A DNA stretch of 31,561 nt. Source: Thermoanaerobaculia bacterium (GTDB taxonomy: Bacteria > Acidobacteriota > Thermoanaerobaculia > Multivoradales > UBA5704). Under the pieces are notes generated by a model that saw nothing but the letters and a program-made list of their open reading frames with translations, was not told the origin of the DNA and did no database searches. Shown piece after piece: positions 24,884 through 31,561 of this stretch. The position numbers were made by a program, and so were the translations under genes. Position 1 is the first letter of the stretch. Each line of letters opens with the position of its first letter. The stretch is from the NCBI GenBank assembly GCA_044226625.1, contig JBGAGQ010000070.1:1-31561 (forward strand), in the 5' to 3' direction.

Positions 24884-25564
24884 TCAACCCGCCACGGCCG
24901 CGTCCCGCTCGAACTCGGTGAGGGCGGCGAGCGATTCAATCGCGGCGGCGAGGTTTCGTCCGGCGAGGTCGCGCGCCAGGCTCCGCAGGAACGGCGAGCG
25001 GTCCAACCGAGATTCGAGCCTTCGCGCGAGGTAGAGACCGGCCGGGATGGCCGCGAGACCGAACAGCGCGTTGGCGGCGAGATAGAGCGGCGGAAAGACA
25101 GCCCAGGCGTCGACGCCCCAGAGGCCTTCGAGGCCGACGATCAGGAGCGGCGTCCAGAGGAGCGGCGCGAGGATCAGGGTCCATTTCGTCGCGCGCAGCC
25201 GCTCGACCCGCAACGCTTCCAGCCGCTTCTGCGCGGCGACCACTGGCTCGGCGTCGTCGCGGCGTCGGGCGGCGACCAGGTGACGGACGCCGATCGCGAG
25301 CTGGAAGATCGCCGCGAGATCGAGCAGCAACGCCGGCAGGAAGAAGCGGGGCTCCCCCACGTGGCTCGCGAGAAACGAGCCGAGCAGCACGGTCGCGACC
25401 GCGCTCACGACCACCTCGATCGCGAGGCCGCGCAACAGGCGCCTCGCCGTGGAGTCGCTTCGACGGAGGGTCGCCGCATACCGTCCGAGCGGCCGCCAGC
25501 GGAGATTGGAATCCAGAGCCCGGTCTTCCACCTGCCAGCTCTTCTTGAGGTCGTCGAGTTCCAT
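24884..25564 (-). CDS. Multi-pass membrane protein, probable anti-sigma factor
   Basis: MELDDLKKSWQ N-terminus, about 4 hydrophobic helices, and a position 2 nt downstream of an ECF sigma gene. Confidence 0.75.
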   Translation of the reverse strand: MELDDLKKSWQVEDRALDSNLRWRPLGRYAATLRRSDSTARRLLRGLAIEVVVSAVATVLLGSFLASHVGEPRFFLPALLLDLAAIFQLAIGVRHLVAARRRDDAEPVVAAQKRLEALRVERLRATKWTLILAPLLWTPLLIVGLEGLWGVDAWAVFPPLYLAANALFGLAAIPAGLYLARRLESRLDRSPFLRSLARDLAGRNLAAAIESLAALTEFERDAAVAG

Positions 25565-25566
25565 CT

Positions 25567-26085
25567 TCAGATCCTTTCCTTGTCGGCCGAAGCCGCGGCC
25601 TGACGCCGGAGCCGCTGCTTGATCCGGCCGATCTTGGTTCCCACGTTGGTTTCCGAGATGCCTAAGACTTGGGCGATGGTGTCGTACGGGTTGCCGTCGA
25701 GATAAAGGAGAACGAGCGCGCGGTCGAGCGGCTCGAGCTCGGCGATGAAGCGGTGCAGCGTTTCGAGGTCGGGATCGACCGATGCGGGTGGATCGGCCGC
25801 GATTTCGAGCAGCGACTCCTCGGCCGGCACCGTATGCCGGGCGCGCCGTGCTTCACTCCGGTGAAACGAGATCGCGACGTTCAGGGCGATCCGGTACGTC
25901 CAGGTCGAAAATCGCAGGCGCTCGTCGTAGCGGGGAAACGACCGCCAGAGCTGCACCGCGATCTCCTGCACCAGATCCGGCCGGTCGGCGACGCTCTTAC
26001 AGTAGGCGTTCGCCACCTTCCAGAGGATTTTCTTGTGCTGCGAGAGCAGGGCTTCGAACCGCTCTTGCGCTTCGGGTCGGGACAT
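25567..26085 (-). CDS. ECF-type sigma-70 factor, 172 aa
   Basis: DLVQEIAVQLWRSF, FSTWTYRIALNVAI, and LEPLDRALVLLYLDG.PY..IAQVLGISETNVGTKIGRIK. Confidence 0.93.
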   Translation of the reverse strand: MSRPEAQERFEALLSQHKKILWKVANAYCKSVADRPDLVQEIAVQLWRSFPRYDERLRFSTWTYRIALNVAISFHRSEARRARHTVPAEESLLEIAADPPASVDPDLETLHRFIAELEPLDRALVLLYLDGNPYDTIAQVLGISETNVGTKIGRIKQRLRRQAAASADKERI

Positions 26086-26161
26086 CGGATTGGCTCCCCA
26101 CGAGGTGTCCGCCTTCCCGCTCGGGCCTTCGGAGCGAGGCGGCCTCGTCTACGACCCTATG

Positions 26162-26188
26162 ATTCGCTCCCTGCCGAGGAAAATCACA
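26162..26188 (-). promoter_or_regulatory. Candidate ECF-type autoregulatory promoter (TGTGAT...CGAAT)
   Basis: The minus strand reads TGTGATTTTCCTCGGCAGGGAGCGAATC about 80-100 bp upstream of the sigma gene. The bipartite look is judged by eye only. Confidence 0.3.
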
Positions 26189-26294
26189 GGGGGCCGCCCC
26201 CGCGACGCCGCACGCGGGATGCCAAGCACCGGAGATCCACCTTCTCTTCGACCCCGCGCGAGAGCGCCGAGCGGGCCGATTCGGCGCTGCCCGA

Positions 26295-27146
26295 TCACGC
26301 GCCCGGGGTACGCCCGTCTCCGATCTCGCCGGTCCTGCCGCCCTTTTTCTCCCCTCGCAGATAGGCGACCCAGTAGACTCCCGCGACCAGCAAAGTGCCC
26401 CCGATGAGGTTTCCGGCGGTCGCCGCGACGAGGTTTCTGGCGGCTCCGACAGAAGTGACGGCACCTTCCGTGTCCAGCGCCAGACCGAAGGGAAGAAAGA
26501 ACCAGTTGGCGATTGAGTGCTCGAAGCCGAGGGTCACGAACGCGGTGATGGGAGGGAGGATCGCCAGAATCTTGTCCGCGACGCTGCGACCGCCCATCGC
26601 AAGCCAGACGGCGAGGCAGACGAGCGAGTTGCACAAGACGCCTCGGGCGAAAACCACCCCGAACGAAAGCCCGGCCTTCGTCGTGGCGATCTGGAGCGCC
26701 GTTTCGCCGACCGCGCCCTCTCCGAGCCGGCCAACGTCGGCCCAGAGGACGAACAGGACGGTTCCCAGGCAACCGAGAACATTTCCGAAATAGACGAGGA
26801 TCCAATTGCGCAGGACCTGCCGCGTACTGATCAGCCGGCTCGCCCAAGCCATCGCGAGCAGGTTGTTGCCGGTGAACAGCTCGGCTCCGGCCACGACGAC
26901 CAGAATCAACCCGAGGCTGAAGCTCATCCCCCCCAGCAGGCGGGTCACGCCGAAGCCGAAGCCGGACTTCGTCACCACCACGATGAAGAAAAGCGCGCCG
27001 AGCGAGATGAACGCACCGGCAAGCAGCGCAAGCACGAACAGCGAAACGGCGGAAGTGTGCGCTTTGGCGACCCCGAGCCGTTCGACCCGCCGGGCGATCT
27101 CGCGCGGCGGATGGGCATCAATCGGATCGAGTGAATTCTCCGTCAT
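26295..27146 (-). CDS. Formate/nitrite transporter (FNT, FocA/NirC family)
   Basis: LAGAFISLG, FSLGLILVVVAGAELFTGN, GVLCNSLVCLAVW, GFEHSIAN and GNLIGG. Confidence 0.95.
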   Translation of the reverse strand: MTENSLDPIDAHPPREIARRVERLGVAKAHTSAVSLFVLALLAGAFISLGALFFIVVVTKSGFGFGVTRLLGGMSFSLGLILVVVAGAELFTGNNLLAMAWASRLISTRQVLRNWILVYFGNVLGCLGTVLFVLWADVGRLGEGAVGETALQIATTKAGLSFGVVFARGVLCNSLVCLAVWLAMGGRSVADKILAILPPITAFVTLGFEHSIANWFFLPFGLALDTEGAVTSVGAARNLVAATAGNLIGGTLLVAGVYWVAYLRGEKKGGRTGEIGDGRTPGA

Positions 27147-27212
27147 TCCGAGGGGCTGCCGACCGGATCATAACGTCTAGGTCGGTTGCGGGAATGCGGG
27201 CGTTGCGTCCGC

Positions 27213-28394
27213 TCACCGAAGCAGCCCGAAGCCGCGCAACTGCCCGAGCAGGGACTTGGCCACCAACTCGTTCGCCAGGGGGCTGAAATGCCCCGGGATG
27301 AGCTCGTCGACCGAGCGCTCGCCGCCGACACCCTCGAGGACCGTCATCGCATCGACCACCCGGTACCCTTTGGCGGCAAGGAAGTCGAAGAGCGGCGCAT
27401 CGCGTCGGGTGTGGGCGCTACGCCAGCGCTCCAGATCGCCACGTTCGGGAAAGATCAGGATGACGGGCTGCCCTCCGTCGCGCAGCACCATCTCGTAGAA
27501 CGCCGTGAACAGGTCGGTCGTGACGCGAAACGCTTCACCGTCGGGGTTGTAGTGCCCGTCGCTCACGATCTCCGAGTCCGGCACGAACCGCTCTTTCGCC
27601 AGCTTCAAGAGACGAACCGTGGCGCTCGCATCGAGCTCTCCTCCGCGAAGCCGCCGCTGGTAGAAGTGGTCGTGCCGCCCCAGCCGTTCGAGTGTTTCGG
27701 CGGGATGCGCCAATAGCCGGCGGTAGTCCTCCAATCGCGGCAGCGGATTTTCGATCAGGGTGGGCCGAGGCCTGCCCGGCAGGTAACGCGGCTTCGCGAG
27801 CGGCAGCTGACTCTGCGCGTTGTAGAACGGCCGGAAGACGCTGACGTTGCGAAAGATGTTCTCCGCCAAGAAACCGATCACGACGATCTGCGGAGGGGTC
27901 CGCCGGCCGTCTCGTTGATAGCGCAGGAACGCCTGGTCGAGGCCGTATCCGGGAACGCCGAAATTCTCGATCGCGAGCCACGGTTCCATCCGCGCCAACA
28001 CCTCCGGATAGGCGTGGCGGTCGGCGACGTCACCGCCGAAGGTGAAGGAATCTCCGAAGGCGGCCAGCCGCACCGCGGATGCCCTCGGTTCCGGACGCTC
28101 GGGATCGCGGCGCCGTCCGTCGAGACCGACGGTGGCAAGCTCCGAGCGGAAGCCGGGGCGCAGCGTCCAGCCGAGCATCGCGTCGTGCTGAAAAAGCGAA
28201 GGCCGGCCGGCCAGCAAGTCTTCGAGCAGCTCGCGATGCTTCTCACTCAACCGATCGGCGATTAGAGGCTGGTAGGAGATCCCGCGCCGCTCGAGGAAAG
28301 CCAGGCCGGCGCTCGAAGCGAGCTCGATCGCCGCGACGGTCGCCGCGAGGAAGAGCGCCACCATCCAGGGGCGACGGGAAGGTCTCGCGATCAT
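27213..28394 (-). CDS. Membrane-anchored SGNH/GDSL-type hydrolase (alternative start GTG 28460)
   Basis: N-terminal TM helix, block I AFGDSFTFG, block II NFGVPGYG and C-terminal GHFSPLANELVA. Confidence 0.82.
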   Translation of the reverse strand: MIARPSRRPWMVALFLAATVAAIELASSAGLAFLERRGISYQPLIADRLSEKHRELLEDLLAGRPSLFQHDAMLGWTLRPGFRSELATVGLDGRRRDPERPEPRASAVRLAAFGDSFTFGGDVADRHAYPEVLARMEPWLAIENFGVPGYGLDQAFLRYQRDGRRTPPQIVVIGFLAENIFRNVSVFRPFYNAQSQLPLAKPRYLPGRPRPTLIENPLPRLEDYRRLLAHPAETLERLGRHDHFYQRRLRGGELDASATVRLLKLAKERFVPDSEIVSDGHYNPDGEAFRVTTDLFTAFYEMVLRDGGQPVILIFPERGDLERWRSAHTRRDAPLFDFLAAKGYRVVDAMTVLEGVGGERSVDELIPGHFSPLANELVAKSLLGQLRGFGLLR

Positions 28395-28487
28395 CGGGAT
28401 CCAGGAGACTAGCCCACCTTCAAGCCCCCCGGACCCGCAGCGCCTACACCCCCTGCCCACCCGAAGACGAGCAGGGGGCCAGCGTGG

Positions 28488-28811
28488 CTACTCGCACCAC
28501 CAACAGCGGAACTTGACGTAGCCATCCACCTGGAACTGTCCGGTGTAGCCATCCCAGTGGCAGCCGGCGGTCAGAACGTTCTGACGGCCGCAGGTCGAAG
28601 GGATGTCTTCGCAGACGATGTAGGCGGAGGCCTGCGCCCAGAGGTTCGATTCGGCCTCGGAGCAGCTGGAGCCGTAGGCCCAATCTTGGGGGGTCTGCTC
28701 CCAACCTCCGCAGACGCAGCCCGGAGGGGCCGCGGCAGCGGGCGCGGAAACCAGACTCAACGCTGAAACGAGGACCGCGAACAGAAAAAGGCCGGACGGG
28801 CGTAGCTTCAC
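28488..28811 (-). CDS. Small secreted Cys-rich protein (107 aa, 8 Cys)
   Basis: AAGGAGG precedes GTG 28811. Signal peptide ends APAAA and the protein ends YVKFRCWWCE. Confidence 0.78.
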   Translation of the reverse strand: MKLRPSGLFLFAVLVSALSLVSAPAAAAPPGCVCGGWEQTPQDWAYGSSCSEAESNLWAQASAYIVCEDIPSTCGRQNVLTAGCHWDGYTGQFQVDGYVKFRCWWCE

Positions 28812-28937
28812 GGGGACCTCCTTCTTGGGACATGCGGGAGCGGTCTGTCGCTCCGCAACCGTGGGTCGAATCGAAGGTACTCCCATCACAGCATGATTGT
28901 AAATCCGTAACTTTTATTGTCATGCCCCGATGACATA

Positions 28938-28985
28938 GCCCGCTGCAGCCGCGAAACCCGAGGGGCTTCGGCGGCTGCGGCGGGC
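28938..28985. terminator. Long GC hairpin downstream of the PepSY-domain gene
   Basis: GCCCGCTGCAGCCGC (28938-28952) / GCGGCTGCGGCGGGC (28971-28985), with inner GAAACCC/GGGCTTC pairing. Confidence 0.6.
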
Positions 28986-29055
28986 GGGGAAAGCGATCAG
29001 CCCGAGCGCCGCCTCATCGAAGGGCGACGCCGGGAGCCAGTCCGTGGCTGGATGC

Positions 29056-29625
29056 CTACTCCCGGCAAACACCCCCCGCGTCGTCGAGCTTGATCACCTG
29101 CGCCTCGCCCGTGTTGGCGTCGACTTCGACCTGCTCCTGCCCCGACTTGGTGACGATGTCGACGAGGTAATAGGGGTGGTCTCCGTCTCGGCCGTGCAAG
29201 TTGATCGAGACGACGTCGCCCGAAACGTGGCCGGTCGCCACGTTGCCCGCCTCGGCCGGGCCGAGTCGAGCGGGTCTCGCCATGACGAGTGGTAGGTGCC
29301 CGTGCACGCAGGCGCGGCAGCGGTACTTCCAGCGCGAGAAGCCCGGCATGCCGGTCGCGGGGGCGGTGTAGATGATCGAAACCGGGCCGGAGAAGGCGTA
29401 GTTCGAGGCGAAGTTGTCCCAGCTGGTCTGGCACTTCTGCGCCGCGTATTCACTGGCCTGGGTCACCGTGGGGGTGTCGACGTCGTCGCACTGGAAGACG
29501 TACGGCGTCTGACCCCAGGCGTACGTCCAGATGTGCTCGTTCTCGCCGTTGCACCACTGGTCGGCGCGGGCGGCGAGGGGAGAGAGCAACAACGCGAGAA
29601 CGAGCGACTTCGGCAGGAATTTCAT
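29056..29625 (-). CDS. Secreted protein with a Cys-rich N-terminal domain and a C-terminal PepSY-like domain (189 aa)
   Basis: AAGGAGG precedes ATG 29625 and the signal peptide ends AARA-D. The C-terminus AEA..VA...VSGDVVSINL.....PYYLVDIV......VEVDANTGE matches the PepSY pattern. Confidence 0.78.
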   Translation of the reverse strand: MKFLPKSLVLALLLSPLAARADQWCNGENEHIWTYAWGQTPYVFQCDDVDTPTVTQASEYAAQKCQTSWDNFASNYAFSGPVSIIYTAPATGMPGFSRWKYRCRACVHGHLPLVMARPARLGPAEAGNVATGHVSGDVVSINLHGRDGDHPYYLVDIVTKSGQEQVEVDANTGEAQVIKLDDAGGVCRE

Positions 29626-29875
29626 CGCGACCTCCTTCAAGGAAGGCCTCCGCCGCGGAGGCCCTCCCGGAGTGGCGGACCGCGCGGCTCGGCTTTCTCC
29701 TCATTGCGGAGGGGGCGCCGGTTGTCCCTCAAGTTGTCCCTCATGCCTCTCGCTCGTACCACCTTTAGAACGGTCGGACGCGCCGCACAAGACGGTTTGA
29801 GGGAGTCGGAAGCGGGTTTACGCAGAGGCTTTTCAAGGTCGGTGTCGCCGCGTCGAAGCGGCGGGAGGAGCTGAG

Positions 29876-30799
29876 ATGAAACGGACGATGAACGGTCGTG
29901 CCAAGGCCTCGCGAAACGGGCGGGCTCGAACCTGGCGAACCTGGACACTCGCGGCGCTTTGCCTAATCGCGAGCCTCGGAGGGGCGCAGGCGGCGGAGCT
30001 CGCGTTTCCGGCCGGAAGCCAGACCGGCGGCGACGGCACCCTGGCCATCGGCGATTCGCTGCGGGTGGGAGCCACCGGGCTTCGTCCGGGCGCCGCGGCG
30101 GACCTGCTCCTCCGGAATCCCCAGGGGGAGGTCGTCACGCGGCTCGAAGGGCGCGCCGACGCGAACGGAAACCTCCCCCTCGCAGTGCTCTGGCTCCACA
30201 CCGGCGTGGTCGGGTGCGACTGCACGAAAAAGCCCGGGCTCTCGCGTTACGAGTTCCTCACCCACGAGATGGCGGAGCAGGCGCTCGGCGGCTCGCGGTG
30301 GTCGGTCGACCTCATCGGCGAAGACGGCGCGCTCGTGGTGGCGGAGCGATCGTTCGTGCTCGAGCCCACGCTCGGATATCAGGCCTATTTGAGCGACGCC
30401 GCGGGATGCCCGCGCAACCAGATCTCGCCGGACGAAGATCTCTATCTCACTTTCCGTGGACCGCTCGCGCCGAAATCGGCCCGCGTCTTCCTGGTGGCGG
30501 ACCGGCCGAGCTGGAACGATTCCCTTCCCCTGCTCGAGGCGCGGGAAGAGATCGGTCCGAACGGCCAACTGCTTTCGGCGGGCGGCGGCTCGCTCGGCAC
30601 CCTGCTGCTCTGGCCGGCCGATCCGAAAGGAACGCGATCCGGGTATTACGCGCTGGTCGTCCGAACCGACCTGGCGGACGATCGTCCGCTCCTCGCCACG
30701 ACCGATCGATTGCTGTCCCACCTGCCGCCTGGTGGCTGGCGCTCGACCGAAGAGGGGGTACGGATCAACGATTGGGACTGCGGTCCGCCGCAGCACTGA
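29876..30799 (+). CDS. Secreted hypothetical protein, 307 aa
   Basis: GGAGGAG precedes the ATG, the signal peptide ends GAQA-A, and the mature region is beta-rich with a few Cys. Confidence 0.7.
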   Translation: MKRTMNGRAKASRNGRARTWRTWTLAALCLIASLGGAQAAELAFPAGSQTGGDGTLAIGDSLRVGATGLRPGAAADLLLRNPQGEVVTRLEGRADANGNLPLAVLWLHTGVVGCDCTKKPGLSRYEFLTHEMAEQALGGSRWSVDLIGEDGALVVAERSFVLEPTLGYQAYLSDAAGCPRNQISPDEDLYLTFRGPLAPKSARVFLVADRPSWNDSLPLLEAREEIGPNGQLLSAGGGSLGTLLLWPADPKGTRSGYYALVVRTDLADDRPLLATTDRLLSHLPPGGWRSTEEGVRINDWDCGPPQH

Positions 30800-31561
30800 G
30801 CACTCCGGCGAGCGCCTCGCGCGCCTCGTCGATCCGGCGATGGCCGGCGGGAAGCGCCGCCTGCCGGATCGCGAGCGCGCGGCGCAGCAGGGTCTCCGCC
30901 TCGGCGTAACGTCTTTCCTCCGCGAGCAGCCAGCCGAGCGGCAGGAGGGTGAAGGAAAGGGCCGGGTCGGCAGCTCCCAGCGTCTCCTCCTGGATCGCGA
31001 GCGCCTCGCGCAGAAACCGCTCGGCTTCGCGGGTGGCGCCCCGCTCGGTCACGACCGCGGCAAGTTGTAAGAGGGTCCGGGCGACCTCGACGTCGCGGGG
31101 GCCGAGCACGCGCCGCTGGATGGCGAGCGCGCGCCGACCGAGCTCTTCGGCCAGCGGCAGTCGCCCCGCGGACAGCTCCACCTTCGCAAGCAGCGACAGC
31201 GCCTCGGCGGAGCGCGCGTGCTCGTCGCCGAACGCCTTGCGGACGATCGTGAGCCCCCGCTCGGCGGCGTTTCGCGCGCGCGCCAGATCGCCGGTCTGGC
31301 GCGCCACGGTCGCGAGGTTCAGGAGCGCGGTCGCGACGTACGGATGGTCGGCGCCGAGCACCTTGGCGCGCAGGGCGACCGTTCGGTCGAAGAGCGCGAG
31401 CGCCTCCGCCGCATCGCCCCGGTCGAACTTCACCGAGGCGAGGTCGTTGAGCGCGGTGAGCGATGCCGGATGGTCCTCGCCCAACAGGCCGCGAGGGAGG
31501 TCGAGAACCTCGAAAAGCTCCCGCTCCGCCTCCTCGAGGCGGCCGGTTCGGTACCAGACCT
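30765..31561 (-). CDS. C-terminal part of a TPR-repeat protein (42-aa kinesin-light-chain-type repeats), 5'-truncated by the window edge
   Basis: The frame is open to the window end. Repeats include LGEDHPASLTALNDLA, LGADHPYVATALLNLA and LGPRDVEVARTLLQLA. Confidence 0.88.
   Translation of the reverse strand, partial: VWYRTGRLEEAERELFEVLDLPRGLLGEDHPASLTALNDLASVKFDRGDAAEALALFDRTVALRAKVLGADHPYVATALLNLATVARQTGDLARARNAAERGLTIVRKAFGDEHARSAEALSLLAKVELSAGRLPLAEELGRRALAIQRRVLGPRDVEVARTLLQLAAVVTERGATREAERFLREALAIQEETLGAADPALSFTLLPLGWLLAEERRYAEAETLLRRALAIRQAALPAGHRRIDEAREALAGVLSAAADRSPNR

Noticed and set aside
29643-29667. GC hairpin just upstream of the PepSY-gene RBS as a riboswitch
   Set aside because: It is a single short stem (GGCCTCCG/CGGAGGCC) with no recognisable aptamer features, and such stems are common at this GC content.
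30765-31561. Calling the terminal TPR gene a Ser/Thr kinase or NB-ARC protein
   Set aside because: Such repeats often follow those domains, but the N-terminus lies outside the window.

Overview
GC-rich (roughly 70% by eye) bacterial chromosomal window. The TPR-CHAT/ECF/zf-HC2 cluster and the KKLxLxRETL-leader peptides suggest an Acidobacteriota-like (Thermoanaerobaculia-type) or similar large-genome organism; this is inference only. From left to right: deoC broken by an exact 140-bp tandem duplication; an ALDH16-type two-domain aldehyde dehydrogenase; a lipoprotein gene whose 3' end is duplicated as 92-bp direct repeats flanking a vapBC toxin-antitoxin cassette; a 1630-aa Ig-repeat/IPT/M23-peptidase protein; a glycine-zipper protein; an octaheme cytochrome c translationally coupled to an arylsulfatase; and a four-gene TPR-CHAT protease / small beta-rich protein / ECF sigma / zinc anti-sigma unit. 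Divergent from that unit is an accessory region with two paralogous Cys/Thr-rich RiPP-like precursor peptides (one missing from the ORF track, 23127..23297), a secreted 10-Cys protein and a putative second clan-CD (His-Cys) peptidase. The window ends with a second ECF/anti-sigma pair, an FNT transporter, an SGNH hydrolase, two related secreted disulfide-rich proteins, a secreted unknown and a partial TPR protein. The best candidate for an undescribed system is 15386..23345, a caspase-like protease/sigma signalling module next to orphan precursor peptides. No rRNA, tRNA, CRISPR array, transposase or integrase was seen.
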